Positions 1-10,921 are shown, counted from the stretch's first letter. The stretch: 64,000 nt of DNA from Gammaproteobacteria bacterium RIFCSPHIGHO2_12_FULL_41_20 (GCA_001801575.1 MGYC01000019.1:40619-104618), one strand, 5' to 3'. The notes: generated by a model from the letters alone, not told the origin. Program-made: numbers and translations.

Positions 1-1049
1 ATGGGCTCACTGACCAAGAGTTGCGTTACCGACAACGCTATGTGGATTTAATGGTGAATGAAGAAACGCGCCGCACATTTTTGCTGCGTACGAAAATTAT
101 CGATGCGGTACGGCAATTTTTAAAAGAGCGAGATTTTCTCGAAGTAGAAACGCCTATGATGCAAGTGTTAGCGGGTGGTGCAGCAGCTAGACCCTTTGTG
201 ACGCATCATCATGCGTTAGATATGCCATTATATTTACGCATTGCACCGGAGTTATATTTGAAGCGGTTAGTGGTTGGTGGGTTTGAGCGTGTGTTTGAGA
301 TTAATCGTAACTTTCGTAACGAGGGAGTGTCCACGCAGCATAATCCGGAATTTACTATGTTGGAGTTTTATCAGGCGTATGCAGATTATAAGGATTTGAT
401 GGATTTAACCGAAGTGTTAATTCGCCAATTAGCAATAGCGGTACTGGGTACTACGCATATGACGTATCAAGGAGAAAGCTTTGATGTGAGTGAACCTTTC
501 CAGCGTTTAACGTTGAAGCAGGCGATTTTGCAGTTTAATGCTAATGTAGCCGAACGTGATTTAGATGCATTGGCGACGGCGAATAAAGTAGCGAAAACAT
601 TAGGTGTGCCATTGCAAGCGAATTATACTTTAGGCAAAGTGCAATTAGAAATTTTTGAAAAAACGGTAGAGCAGAAACTGCGTTTACCGACATTTATCAC
701 AGAATATCCAGCTGAAGTTTCACCCTTAGCGCGGCGTAATGAGCACAATCCTTTTGTGACGGATCGCTTTGAATTTTTTGTGACGGGGCGTGAAATCGCG
801 AATGGTTTTTCTGAGTTGAATGATCCAGAAGATCAGGCGGAACGCTTTCATGCGCAAGTGGCAGAAAAAACGGCGGGCGATGAAGAAGCGATGCCCTATG
901 ATGCAGATTATGTGACTGCCTTAGAATATGGTTTACCACCAACAGCGGGAGAAGGTATTGGTATTGATCGTTTAGTGATGTTGTTTGCCGATGCGCCGTC
1001 GATTCGTGATGTGATTTTGTTTCCGCATATGCGACCAAAGGTGGAGTAA
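1..1049 (+). CDS. lysS: lysyl-tRNA synthetase, class II (3' part; 5' end outside window)
   Basis: Frame stays open to base 1 (..[23 protein letters not shown]..). Class II LysRS core motifs [11 protein letters not shown] and [18 protein letters not shown]. Confidence 0.95.
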   Translation, partial: GLTDQELRYRQRYVDLMVNEETRRTFLLRTKIIDAVRQFLKERDFLEVETPMMQVLAGGAAARPFVTHHHALDMPLYLRIAPELYLKRLVVGGFERVFEINRNFRNEGVSTQHNPEFTMLEFYQAYADYKDLMDLTEVLIRQLAIAVLGTTHMTYQGESFDVSEPFQRLTLKQAILQFNANVAERDLDALATANKVAKTLGVPLQANYTLGKVQLEIFEKTVEQKLRLPTFITEYPAEVSPLARRNEHNPFVTDRFEFFVTGREIANGFSELNDPEDQAERFHAQVAEKTAGDEEAMPYDADYVTALEYGLPPTAGEGIGIDRLVMLFADAPSIRDVILFPHMRPKVE

Positions 1050-2153
1050 ATGTCGATTTACCTCGACTATGCTGCTACTACACCGGTTGATCCACGGGTG
1101 GCAGACAAGATGTTACAATATCTTACGCCGAGTGGCATATTCGCCAACCCAGCTTCGCGTCATACATTCGGGCAAGCAGCAAAACAGGCTGTAGATACAG
1201 CGCGTGAGCAAGTCGCTGCTTTTATTCACGCCGAACCCAGCGAAATTATTTTCACATCCGGTGCCACTGAAGCGAATAATTTAGCACTAAAAGGTGCAGT
1301 GACACTTTATCGCCGCAAAGGTAAGCATATTATCACCATGAAAACCGAGCATAAGTCGGTGCTGGAGCCGTGTCAGCATTTAGAAAAGCAAGGGTTTAGT
1401 GTGACGTATCTTAATCCTTTGCCAAATGGTTTGCTGGATATTACTGCTTTCCAGGCTGCGGTGCGTGACGACACGATACTAGTTTCTATCATGCACGTGA
1501 ATAATGAATTGGGGGTGATTCAAGATTTGGCCGCTATCGCTGAGGTTACTGCAGCACGAGGTATTTTGCTGCATGTAGATGCGGCACAAAGCGCGGGAAA
1601 AGTAACGATAGATGTAACACGCGTACCCATCGATTTACTATCGCTGTGTGCGCATAAGGTGTATGGGCCGAAAGGGATAGGCGCTTTATATGTGCGTAAG
1701 AAACCGCGTGTGCGCGTGGAAGCGCAAATACACGGTGGTGGACATGAGCAAGGTATGCGTGCAGGCACGTTAGCGCCGCATCAAATCGTGGGTTTGGGTG
1801 AGGCCTTGCACATTGCTGTTGCAGAAATGGCTGCAGATAGCGCACATATACAGGGATTGCGTGATCGGTTATTGCAAGGGTTAGTGAAGTGCCCTGGCTT
1901 GGCGGTGAATACCGATCTTGCCTGCAGTGTGCCACATATTTTGAATGTACGGATGGCAGGGCTAGCTGAAAAGTTGCTAACGTCGGTAGCAATTTCTACG
2001 GCTTCAGCTTGCCAAAACCAAGATGGTGCAGTGTCTTATGTGTTACGTGCACTAGGGCAAACGGCAGAGGAAGCACAGCAAGCCATACGTTTTTCGTTTG
2101 GCCGTTGGACGACGATAGAGGAGATTAGTCGAGTGATACAGTTGTGTAATTGA
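1050..2153 (+). CDS. cysteine desulfurase, NifS/IscS-type class V aminotransferase (short form)
   Basis: 367 aa. [19 protein letters not shown]-Lys region [16 protein letters not shown], Cys loop STASAC. ATG abuts the lysS stop. Confidence 0.85.
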   Translation: MSIYLDYAATTPVDPRVADKMLQYLTPSGIFANPASRHTFGQAAKQAVDTAREQVAAFIHAEPSEIIFTSGATEANNLALKGAVTLYRRKGKHIITMKTEHKSVLEPCQHLEKQGFSVTYLNPLPNGLLDITAFQAAVRDDTILVSIMHVNNELGVIQDLAAIAEVTAARGILLHVDAAQSAGKVTIDVTRVPIDLLSLCAHKVYGPKGIGALYVRKKPRVRVEAQIHGGGHEQGMRAGTLAPHQIVGLGEALHIAVAEMAADSAHIQGLRDRLLQGLVKCPGLAVNTDLACSVPHILNVRMAGLAEKLLTSVAISTASACQNQDGAVSYVLRALGQTAEEAQQAIRFSFGRWTTIEEISRVIQLCN

Positions 2154-2189
2154 GATTAGGAGTTTTGCGCATTTCTCCATGTCATCCCC

Positions 2190-2309
2190 CAGCAGTTCCT
2201 GCTAACACTGTCATCCTGAGCGTCAGCGAGGATCTTCTTAATAAACACCGAGGATTTATTAAGAAGATCCTCGCTGACGCTCAGGATGACAGTGTTAGCG
2301 GAACTGCTG
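2190..2309. mobile_element. MITE family A, copy 1 (about 120-bp near-perfect palindrome)
   Basis: CAGCAGTTCCTGCTAACACTGTCATCCTGAGCGTCAGCGAGGATCTTCTTAAT..center..reverse complement. Flanked by a perfect 9-bp direct repeat GTCATCCCC (2181-2189 and 2310-2318). Centre is inverted relative to copies 2 and 3. Confidence 0.85.
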
Positions 2310-2376
2310 GTCATCCCCTGATTTTCTGTACAAGAACTATACTAAAAATAGTCGAGCGGAAGAAGGAGATGCTGTC

Positions 2377-2844
2377 ATGCCAGTGCGAAAATTAAAAGAA
2401 TTCCTTGATAATCATCATATAAGGTATGTGGCTATTAGCCATTCACCTGCGTTTACTGCCCAAGAAATAGCTGCATCTGCGCATATTTCGGGTAAACAAT
2501 TAGCTAAGACTGTGATTGTTAAAGTGGATGGTAAGTTAGCCATGGTGGTATTACCGAGCAACGATCATGTCAATTTTGCCTTGTTGCGGAATATAACAGG
2601 GGCTACACAAGTGGATTTGGCGGCAGAATCAGAGTTTAAGAGTAAGTTTCCTGAGTGTGAAGTAGGAGCCATGCCACCTTTGGGTAATCTTTATGGGATG
2701 CCAGTTTATGTGTCTGATCGTTTAGCGCGCCGTGATCATATTGCTTTTAATGCTGGATCACATTCTGAATTGATTCAAATGGCTTTTCATGATTTTGAAA
2801 GATTAGTTAAGCCTAAAGTACTAGCTTTATCTACAGTTTGTTAG
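2377..2844 (+). CDS. YbaK/ProX-type aminoacyl-tRNA deacylase domain protein
   Basis: 155 aa. Pattern ..[44 protein letters not shown] typical of YbaK/EbsC-like editing domains. AAGGAG lies 8 nt upstream of the ATG. Confidence 0.7.
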   Translation: MPVRKLKEFLDNHHIRYVAISHSPAFTAQEIAASAHISGKQLAKTVIVKVDGKLAMVVLPSNDHVNFALLRNITGATQVDLAAESEFKSKFPECEVGAMPPLGNLYGMPVYVSDRLARRDHIAFNAGSHSELIQMAFHDFERLVKPKVLALSTVC

Positions 2845-3148
2845 AACCAGTCCATGCTGACGGAAGTAATAAACGTAAAGCAAGAACTCTCTTCTGATGG
2901 GCTTATTCCAGTTACGCTCCAATATTTTTGGGCAGATATTCAAGAAGGGGAGTGTACGTATAGTTCGAGATAGTACGACATATTCGAATTATATGTAAGA
3001 AATAGTCGAGGGCAAAAATGGGCATTAATTCATAAGCAGAATTCGTGGAGATTTATGTGTGCCCTTGATCTCTTAATAACTTTTCTCTAAGATTACGACT
3101 CTGCAACTACCGTTTCTAGATTAAAATAACAAATACCTTTCATGGAGG

Positions 3149-5324
3149 ATGAGATTTATGTTGTCGCGAGTAAAACCCCAAGAAAAAGAACTTTTTGACA
3201 TTCCTTTAGATTTTAGCCATGTTACAGTCGCATCAATTCAACTATTGCTTGCTCAGATTAAGCAACTGTATATAGAAACTTATGACCAAGTTGCAGCTTT
3301 GCTTAACTCTCCTGAGAAAATTAATTTTGCCACGGCAGTGCAACCGCTGATTAACCTTGGTATTTATACACAAAAAGCACAAACACTTTGTACTCTCCCC
3401 AAAGATGTACATACTGATGAAGTAGTTAGACAAGCGAGTGCAGATGCAGCGACAGGAATAGCAAAACTCCACATAGCATGCCAACAGCGCGAAGATGTTT
3501 TTCAAGTGCTTTGCCAATACGAAACAGGCACATATCAAACTGAAAAATTACAGCTGCATCCCGAATGTGTGCGGTATTTTGACTTTACTATGCGGGATTA
3601 CAAACGTAATGGATTATATATCAATGATCGCGAAAAAAAAAGAAAAAATTACGCAAATTAAACAAAAAATTTCCGCGCTGAGTATCGAGTTTCAGCGCAA
3701 TATAGAAGAAGATGATACTTTTTTTGTTATGCCAGCGAGTGAGTTAGATGGGTTACCTAAAAGTTGGTTTACTAAGGAGCGTGAAGTATCGCCGGGCATG
3801 TATAAGGTAACATTAAAATATCCCGATTTATTTCCTATATTAGATTATGCAAAAAATAGAAGCACAAGGGAAAAGATTTTTAGCGCATTTGAAACTCGTT
3901 GCGAGCGTGAAAATCTACTTATTTTGAAAGAAGTACTTGAGCTAAGAAATGAGTTAGCCCAATTATTGGGTTATAAAACATTTGCTGCTTATGTTGCTGA
4001 AGAGAGAATGGTCCGTGATAGTAAAACTGTAAGAGTGTTTCTTGATGATATGAATCAGCGATTTACACCGTTACTAGAAAGAAATTTACGAGAACTAACT
4101 AGCTTTGCTCGTGCAAAAGAACAAGACGATACTTTGCAATTAGAGATTTTTGATATGCGCTATTATATGCGCTGGCGCGAAGAGGAAGCCTGTTCTATTA
4201 ATATGGAAGAAATTAAAAAGTATTTTCCACAAGAAAAAGTCATTAATGGAACATTAAGTATTTATGAGCAATTATTAGGATTGAGATTTGTGCAAAGAGA
4301 AAATGAAAATGCTTGGCATCCCGATGTGAAGTATTTTGATGTTTATAATAATGATGAGGTTTCAGGTACGCTAGGAGAAAAAATCGGTGGATTTTATTTA
4401 GACTTATACCCACGTGATGGCAAATACGCGCATGCAGAAGCAGGTACATTACAATCAGGTTGTGATATATCCCATATTAGCGGGATTCCTAGTGATAGAG
4501 AGCCTTGTTTTGCTGTGATGCTGTGTAATTTTCCTAGAAATGAAAATTTACCCTTTGATGATGTGAAGACATTTTTTCACGAGTTCGGCCATGTTATGCA
4601 TTGCTTATGTACACACACTAAGCTGTTACAACATGAATTTGAAAACACAGAAAGAGATTTTATTGAGGCGCCTTCACAAATGTTAGAAAACTGGTGTTAT
4701 GAGCCAGAGGCGTTGCGGAAGTTAAGTGCACACACGGAAACACAACAACCATTACCACTAGAAGTGGCACAGCAATTAAGAAATAGAGCAAGAATGCATG
4801 CTGGATATACCTATAAAAGACAATTGAATTTTGGCCATTTTGACTTTAATGTGCATGATATGTCGACAGAAGAGCTAAGAGAATTGGATATCAAATCATA
4901 TGCGAATCAGCTTCGATGCCGTCTGTTACAACTACCAGTTTTAGACACTTGTTTTCCTGCTAGTTTTGATCATTTACTAGGAGGGTATGAAGCTGGATAC
5001 TACGGCTATTTACTATCGTTAACTTATGCAGCAGATATGTATGCCACAGTTTTTCAAGGTGATCCTTTATCTTCAGAAAGTGGTAGACGCTATCGACGCT
5101 ATATTTTAGCGCCGGGTGCTTCCAGGGATGGCATGGATATGATTGTGGATTTTTTGCGAAGAAAGCCGGAGCTTACTGCGTTTCTGCGTGATGCTGGGTT
5201 AGATGAGCCAGCACGTGAGCAACAGAAGCGGACTAGTATGCGGCTTTTTGATGGCGCAGCTCTTGAAAGTTCGACCAAGCGCTTACACGTGGCGGAGCCG
5301 GAGTCTGCGGTATTAAGCCCTTAG
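3149..5324 (+). pseudogene. M3-family zinc oligopeptidase (thimet oligopeptidase / oligopeptidase A-like), reading frame broken at an A9 run
   Basis: ORFs 3149..3661 and 3495..5324 are the N- and C-parts of one M3 peptidase (FFHEFGHVMH zinc motif). The frames meet at AAAAAAAAA 3633-3641; removing one A gives ..NGLYINDREKKEKITQIKQKISALS... The second ATG (3158) has better spacing to GGAGGA. Confidence 0.8.
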
Positions 5325-5347
5325 CCCGAGAGGTGCGGGATTATAGC

Positions 5348-6259
5348 TTAACATCGCCCGTTTTGTGCACACGGATGATCGCTATGACCAGACTCTACTT
5401 GTATTGTTGCGTGATGAATTGTAAATTTTTCACGTAATACAGTATTAATGTGTTTGTAATCCGCATCCGATAAGCGTTTTTCTGGCATAACAAGGTGAGT
5501 GGTTAATGCAATTTCTCGAGTACTTAACCCCCAGATATGTAAATCATGGACGGCGGTGACACCTGGTAGTCCTTTTAAATAGTGTTCGACTCCAGCATGA
5601 TCAATATAGCGTGGTACCGCATCTAGGAGTAGCGTTACCGAATCACGCAACAAATCTCGTGTGCCGTATAGAATAACCACGACAATGATTAAGCCAATGA
5701 TGGGATCTATCCATAGTGTACCTGTCCATAAAATGAGTATGGCTGCAATGACTACACCAAGCGAGATAATAGCATCAGAAAGTAAGTGATATAATGCGCT
5801 TTTAATATTTAAATCTTCGCGTGATCCTTTTAGAAATAATAATGCAGTTCCACCATTTATGATGATGCCGATGAGTGCCACTACGACGACAGTATGCGTA
5901 TCAATGGCAGCAAGATGAAAAAGTTTATAAATAGCTTCATAAGCGATAACCGCAGCGGTTGCTACCAAAATTAATGCATTGCTGAGCGCAGCTAAAATGG
6001 TAGTACGTTTAAACCCGTAACTATAACGCTTGCGTGCAGGTAAAGTAAGCAACCAATTGGCGCCCCACGCTAATAGCAGGGCGAGTACATCACCCAAGTT
6101 GTGTCCTGCATCCGCCAATAAGCTCATAGAGTTAGTAGTCAGTGCAAAAATAGCTTGAATGATAGTGTATCCTAGATTGAGAGTAACGGCGGTGGCAAAA
6201 GTAAAATGCGACGTGGATGCTGCATGATGATCATGATGAGAGTGGTGTGTGTTACTCAT
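5348..6259 (-). CDS. cation diffusion facilitator (CzcD/ZitB-like) metal efflux transporter
   Basis: 303 aa. His-rich N-terminus (HHSHHDHH), six TM helices, LLADAGHNLGDVLAL, C-terminal cytoplasmic domain with HDLHIWGLS. Confidence 0.85.
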   Translation of the reverse strand: MSNTHHSHHDHHAASTSHFTFATAVTLNLGYTIIQAIFALTTNSMSLLADAGHNLGDVLALLLAWGANWLLTLPARKRYSYGFKRTTILAALSNALILVATAAVIAYEAIYKLFHLAAIDTHTVVVVALIGIIINGGTALLFLKGSREDLNIKSALYHLLSDAIISLGVVIAAILILWTGTLWIDPIIGLIIVVVILYGTRDLLRDSVTLLLDAVPRYIDHAGVEHYLKGLPGVTAVHDLHIWGLSTREIALTTHLVMPEKRLSDADYKHINTVLREKFTIHHATIQVESGHSDHPCAQNGRC

Positions 6260-6265
6260 AATTGC

Positions 6266-7438
6266 TTAATCTCGTCGTAACTTATCCGAAGTGGCTAACG
6301 GTGTGGGATAGTAAAGAACTACCCAATAGCAGGAAACAATGAAGGATAAAATAGTGACGGCTTGGACCATATAGGTGGTGGTAGGTTGAATAAGGTGAGT
6401 TTGATAAGCTAGGTATACGATCAATAATGAAAACTCACTCATTTGTCCTAGGCGTATGCCAATTTCCCAGCTGACTGATTTTACTTCTCCGACACGATGT
6501 AATAGCCAGCGAAATACCACAGGTTTTAGTGTTAGGGTTAATCCACTTAAGATTAAGGCGGGTACGATTACGGTGGGTAAGTAATGAAAATTAAAGCCTG
6601 CACCGACAGCAAAGAAGAATATAACCAAAAAGAAATCACGAACAGGTTTCAAATTTTCCGCAATATACAGAGAAATGGGATTACTAGCTAAAGCTACACC
6701 AGCAATAAATGCGCCAATTTCTGCGGATAGACCTAGCACATGACTCAGTTGTGCCATACATAAGCACCAGCCAATCGATAAAATAAATATATATTCATGA
6801 AACTTATCAAAACGTTTTAATAACCAAGATAAAAAGAAGTATGCAAAAACATATGCAACTAACAGCAAGGTAGGTACAGCAATAATAACTAATAATAATT
6901 CGCGTATAGAAACCTGTTGATCAGCAATTGCTTGCAAAATCAATAAAACTAAAATGGCTAATAAATCTTGCAATAACAAGACGCTAATCACTAATTCACC
7001 GGTATGTTGATGATGCAGTACTGTGGTTGGCAACAGTTTTAAACCGATAATTGTGCTAGAAAACATGGTGGCAGCACCGATGATGAAACAATCACTGACT
7101 CTAAAGTTGAATACATAGCTAACGATGAATCCAAGCAGAAAAAACAAAACAGAGCTGATAAATGCAATCCAACTCATTTTACGTAAGGAGTGGAAGAGAT
7201 TCTGTGGTTGTAAATGTAAGCCTAAAAGAAAGAGTAGGAAGATAATTCCCACTTCTCCTGTTTGATCAATGATAGCAGAGTCGGAAACTAGTTTTAGCCC
7301 CCATGGGCCTAGTATTGCACCTAAAGCTATGTATGCGACTAATAGCGACTGTCGTGTGAATAGCGCAACAGTCGATAATAGCGCTGTCCCTGTGAAGATG
7401 AGGAACATAACATAGGCGATGGATTGTGTATTATCCAT
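6266..7438 (-). CDS. cation:proton antiporter (CPA2/Kef-type membrane domain, no RCK domain)
   Basis: 390 aa polytopic membrane protein with GEVGIIFLLFLLGLHL-type Na+/H+ exchanger family segment. Confidence 0.7.
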   Translation of the reverse strand: MDNTQSIAYVMFLIFTGTALLSTVALFTRQSLLVAYIALGAILGPWGLKLVSDSAIIDQTGEVGIIFLLFLLGLHLQPQNLFHSLRKMSWIAFISSVLFFLLGFIVSYVFNFRVSDCFIIGAATMFSSTIIGLKLLPTTVLHHQHTGELVISVLLLQDLLAILVLLILQAIADQQVSIRELLLVIIAVPTLLLVAYVFAYFFLSWLLKRFDKFHEYIFILSIGWCLCMAQLSHVLGLSAEIGAFIAGVALASNPISLYIAENLKPVRDFFLVIFFFAVGAGFNFHYLPTVIVPALILSGLTLTLKPVVFRWLLHRVGEVKSVSWEIGIRLGQMSEFSLLIVYLAYQTHLIQPTTTYMVQAVTILSFIVSCYWVVLYYPTPLATSDKLRRD

Positions 7439-7458
7439 GAGGCTCCATAAGCTGAATT

Positions 7459-7604
7459 ATGATGAGAGTGTTTATTGAACTGTGTCTACTACCTATGCAA
7501 CTCAGGAGCGTACGTCCTTGTACTCGGCGCTTTTTACCTTCCCTGGCCGCGACGTCCTTCGTTTGCATAGGTAGTAGACACAGTTCAATAAACACTCTCA
7601 TCAT
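7459..7604. repeat. palindromic element: perfect 42-bp inverted repeat with 62-bp spacer
   Basis: ATGATGAGAGTGTTTATTGAACTGTGTCTACTACCTATGCAA (7459-7500) is exactly complementary to 7563-7604. It sits 21 bp upstream of the antiporter start codon. Confidence 0.9.
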
Positions 7605-7650
7605 GATGATAAAAAATTATTATAACGTTTCTTGAGGTGGGCGGAAACCA

Positions 7651-7801
7651 TTATCCTAGCAGGCGTTCCCGCTGAAGACGGTGAGCTGATCCTTCGCTAA
7701 CGCTCAGGATGACAATTTGATAGTTTAATTGCCAAATTGTCATCCTGAGCGTTAGCGAAGGATCAGCTCACCGTCTTCAGCGGGAACGCCTGCTAGGATA
7801 A
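7651..7801. repeat. palindromic MITE-like element with the GATCCTTCGC..CGCTCAGGATGAC core in flipped orientation
   Basis: TTATCCTAGCAGGCGTTCCCGCTGAAGACGGTGAGCTGATCCTTCGCTAACGCTCAGGATGACAATTTG and its reverse complement. The right terminus contains the last two codons and the stop of putA. Confidence 0.9.
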
Positions 7802-10800
7802 TTCCTCTTCCCGCAGTGATACCAGTCGTGCATTGCCCCCCGCGGCAGCGGTATTGACAGATATGGCGCGTTCTACGCAAAGGCGGGGTAAATAATGTGG
7901 GCCACCGGCTTTAGGGCCTGTACCTGATAATCTCTCGCCACCAAACGGTTGTACACCAACTACCGCACCAATCATATTGCGATTAATATACACATTGCCT
8001 ACGGGCATATGACTAGCAATATATTTCACAGTTGTATCAATACGGCTATGAATGCCTAACGTCAGGCCGTAGCCGGTTTGCACAATCGTTTCCATGACAT
8101 GATGCAGCTGGTTAGCTGGATAACGAATAACATGTAAAATAGGACCAAATACCTCACGCTTTAATATCTGTAAATTAGCTATCTCAAACACACAGGGGGC
8201 AAAGTAATAGCCATGAAGAGCAGTGGGTAAAGGGACTTGGTAAATAAATTTTGCTTCTTGATGCATGCGTGTTGCATGCTGCTGTAGCATTTGCAATGCA
8301 TCATTATCAATGACAGGACCAATATCGGTGTCTAGCTGCGCAGGGTCGCCAACTTTTAGTTCTGCCATTGCGCCTTTTAACATATCGAGAAAAGTATCAG
8401 CGATGTCTTCCTGCAAGAATAACACCCGTAGCGCCGAGCAACGTTGACCAGCGCTATTAAATGCAGACTGCATGATATCCATTATGCACTGCTCCGGTAG
8501 TGCAGAGGAATCAACAATCATGGCATTAAGTCCGCCGGTTTCTGCAATTAGCTGGACAATAGGGCCGTTACGTTCAGCTAAGGTTTTTTGAATATGTTTT
8601 GCTGTTTCTGTCGAGCCAGTAAACATCACGCCGGCCACACGTTCATCAGCAACTAATTTTGCGCCAATGATTTCTCCTTTTCCGGGTAAGAGTTGTACGG
8701 CTTCTTTGGGTATACCTGCTTGATGTAATAACCGAATGGCAGCATGGGCAATTAACGGTGTTTGTTCAGCAGGTTTGGCAATAACCGTATTACCTGTCAC
8801 CAGGGCCGCGACGATTTGTCCGATAAAAATGGCAAGAGGGAAGTTCCAGGGACTAATACACACAATAACGCCACGTGGATGTAGCGAGAGTTGATTCGCT
8901 TCGCCGGTGCAACTTGGTAAGTCTTGCGGTAATAAGTCAAGGCGAGCACGATAAGCATAATAACGGCAGAAATCGATGGCTTCACGGACTTCAGAAAGAC
9001 AATCAGGGATGCATTTACCACCTTCACTACACAGTAAGGAAATAAACTCAGGCATGGCTTGTTCAAATAAAGCGGCAACTTTTTCTAATAGGGTAGCGCA
9101 TTCTGCTGCGGGTGTAGCACCCCATGCTGCCGTCGCAGCGGTGGCTATAGTTAGTGCGTCTGCAACATCGTCTAGATTAGCATCACTGACTTGCCCAATA
9201 CATTGCTGAGTATTGCCAGGAGAAACTAAGGGTTGGGTAGCGTTTGGTTTGGTATTGCCAGCAATAATCGCATGTCCCGTCCATGCAGTTTTTTCAGCTA
9301 ATTCAATGCGATGTTTTAGCTTTGTCCATTGCTGTGAATTAGATAAATCTATACCTGTGGAATTTAACCATTGTTGATAAATATTTCTTGGCAATGGAAT
9401 ATGTGGATGCGGTTTTTTAGATAAGGCAGCAATGCGTGCAACTGGATTAATCGTTACTTTTTCTATTGGAGTTTTATCGTCGGCAAGTTGATTGAGGAAA
9501 GAAGAATTCGCACCGTTTTCTAATAAACGTCGGACTAAGTAGCCAAGTAAATCCTTATGTGTGCCAACCGGAGCATAAATACGGCAAGGCTTATTCCAGA
9601 GGTTTTTAGCAACGATTTGATCATAAAGAATATTGCCCATGCCATGTAAGCACTGGAATTCAAACTGCTGTTCGGGTTGTGCTTGCTCAAGGATAGCTGC
9701 TATGCAATAAGCATTATGTGTACCAAATTGCGGATAAATATAGTCGGAATAAGCTAATAGTTTTTTTACGCAGGCGAGATAGGATACATCAGTGGCATGT
9801 TTGCGAGTAAATACGGGATAATTTTCTAGTCCCAATAATTGACTGTGTTTAATCTCGTAATCCCAATACGCACCTTTAACTAATCTTAGCATGATGCATT
9901 TGTTATGAGTTTTTGCTAATTGTTGGATCCAGTCAATCACTAAGAACGCACGTTTTTGATAAGCTTGTACTGCTAGTCCTAACCCGTCCCAATCACATAG
10001 AGAGGGATCAGTATAAAGTTTTTCAAAAATATCGAGAGACATATCCAGGCGATCAGCTTCTTCAGCATCGATAGTTAAACCGAGATGATAGCTTTTAGCT
10101 TGTTGTGCTAACTGCAATAAGCGTGGAAATAACTCAGAAAAAATAATCTGCTGTTTTGCAAATTCATAGCGAGGGTGCAGTGCTGAGAGTTTAATTGATA
10201 TCCCTGGATTTTCAGCTGGGTTAGTGGAAGTGGCACTTTTTCCTAGTATATCAATAGCATGTACATAAGATTGAAAATACTGCTCAGCATGTTGTGCAGT
10301 ACGAGCAGCTTCACCTAGCATGTCAAAAGAAAAATGATAACCTGTAGTCATGACTTTATGTGCACGTTTCAGTGCAGTTTCAATGGTTTCACCCATGACG
10401 AATTGTTTGCCGATAGCTTTCATCCCTTGCAAGATCAGCGGGCGAATCATGCTGATGCCGACGCGACTAATCAAGCGTGCTAACGAAGAGGCTAGGTTTT
10501 TTTCATTATCCAAGGTTGGAGCAAATACTTTTCCAGTAAATAGTAATGACCAGGTAGCAGCATTAATGAAAAATGTATTTTGTGAAGCAATGTGAGTTTT
10601 CCAATCCACAGTTGCAATTTTATCGGTAATCAATTTATCCATAGTCGCTGTGTCAGGGATACGTAATAGTGCTTCCGCCATGCACATCAACGCAATGCCT
10701 TCTTCACTGGATAAGTCATATTGATGTAAAAATGCGTTAAGCGGCCCTTGCTGTTTTTGTTGCTTGCGTGCTGCAATGACGAGTTGTTGGGCTACGTCTG

Positions 10801-10921
10801 TGATATGAGTTAAAGCCATGTCGGGAAGCTGTGCGGCAGGTAACAAGTGATTGATGCATGCAGCTTCATCCATATGGTAGGCGTGGGTAATTGCTTCACG
10901 TAGTGAGTTAATGTGGAGCAT
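7793..10921 (-). CDS. putA: bifunctional proline dehydrogenase / 1-pyrroline-5-carboxylate dehydrogenase
   Basis: 1042 aa. N-terminal PRODH TIM-barrel region and C-terminal aldehyde dehydrogenase (FTGSTETA, EETGGLNA-like IAETGGLNAMIVD, catalytic Cys in GQRCSALR). No N-terminal RHH DNA-binding domain. Confidence 0.95.
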   Translation of the reverse strand: MLHINSLREAITHAYHMDEAACINHLLPAAQLPDMALTHITDVAQQLVIAARKQQKQQGPLNAFLHQYDLSSEEGIALMCMAEALLRIPDTATMDKLITDKIATVDWKTHIASQNTFFINAATWSLLFTGKVFAPTLDNEKNLASSLARLISRVGISMIRPLILQGMKAIGKQFVMGETIETALKRAHKVMTTGYHFSFDMLGEAARTAQHAEQYFQSYVHAIDILGKSATSTNPAENPGISIKLSALHPRYEFAKQQIIFSELFPRLLQLAQQAKSYHLGLTIDAEEADRLDMSLDIFEKLYTDPSLCDWDGLGLAVQAYQKRAFLVIDWIQQLAKTHNKCIMLRLVKGAYWDYEIKHSQLLGLENYPVFTRKHATDVSYLACVKKLLAYSDYIYPQFGTHNAYCIAAILEQAQPEQQFEFQCLHGMGNILYDQIVAKNLWNKPCRIYAPVGTHKDLLGYLVRRLLENGANSSFLNQLADDKTPIEKVTINPVARIAALSKKPHPHIPLPRNIYQQWLNSTGIDLSNSQQWTKLKHRIELAEKTAWTGHAIIAGNTKPNATQPLVSPGNTQQCIGQVSDANLDDVADALTIATAATAAWGATPAAECATLLEKVAALFEQAMPEFISLLCSEGGKCIPDCLSEVREAIDFCRYYAYRARLDLLPQDLPSCTGEANQLSLHPRGVIVCISPWNFPLAIFIGQIVAALVTGNTVIAKPAEQTPLIAHAAIRLLHQAGIPKEAVQLLPGKGEIIGAKLVADERVAGVMFTGSTETAKHIQKTLAERNGPIVQLIAETGGLNAMIVDSSALPEQCIMDIMQSAFNSAGQRCSALRVLFLQEDIADTFLDMLKGAMAELKVGDPAQLDTDIGPVIDNDALQMLQQHATRMHQEAKFIYQVPLPTALHGYYFAPCVFEIANLQILKREVFGPILHVIRYPANQLHHVMETIVQTGYGLTLGIHSRIDTTVKYIASHMPVGNVYINRNMIGAVVGVQPFGGERLSGTGPKAGGPHYLPRLCVERAISVNTAAAGGNARLVSLREEELS

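Noticed and set aside
2150-2395. 81-aa ORF in the track between the cysteine desulfurase and ybaK-like genes
   Set aside because: It reads straight through both arms of MITE family A copy 1 (..VILSVSEDL..ILADAQDD..). This is a translation artefact of the palindrome.
2346-3010. Shared 11-mer AAATAGTCGAG at 2346 and 3000, upstream of the ybaK-like and M3 peptidase genes
   Set aside because: A single short match could be chance or an element remnant. That is not enough to call a regulatory site.
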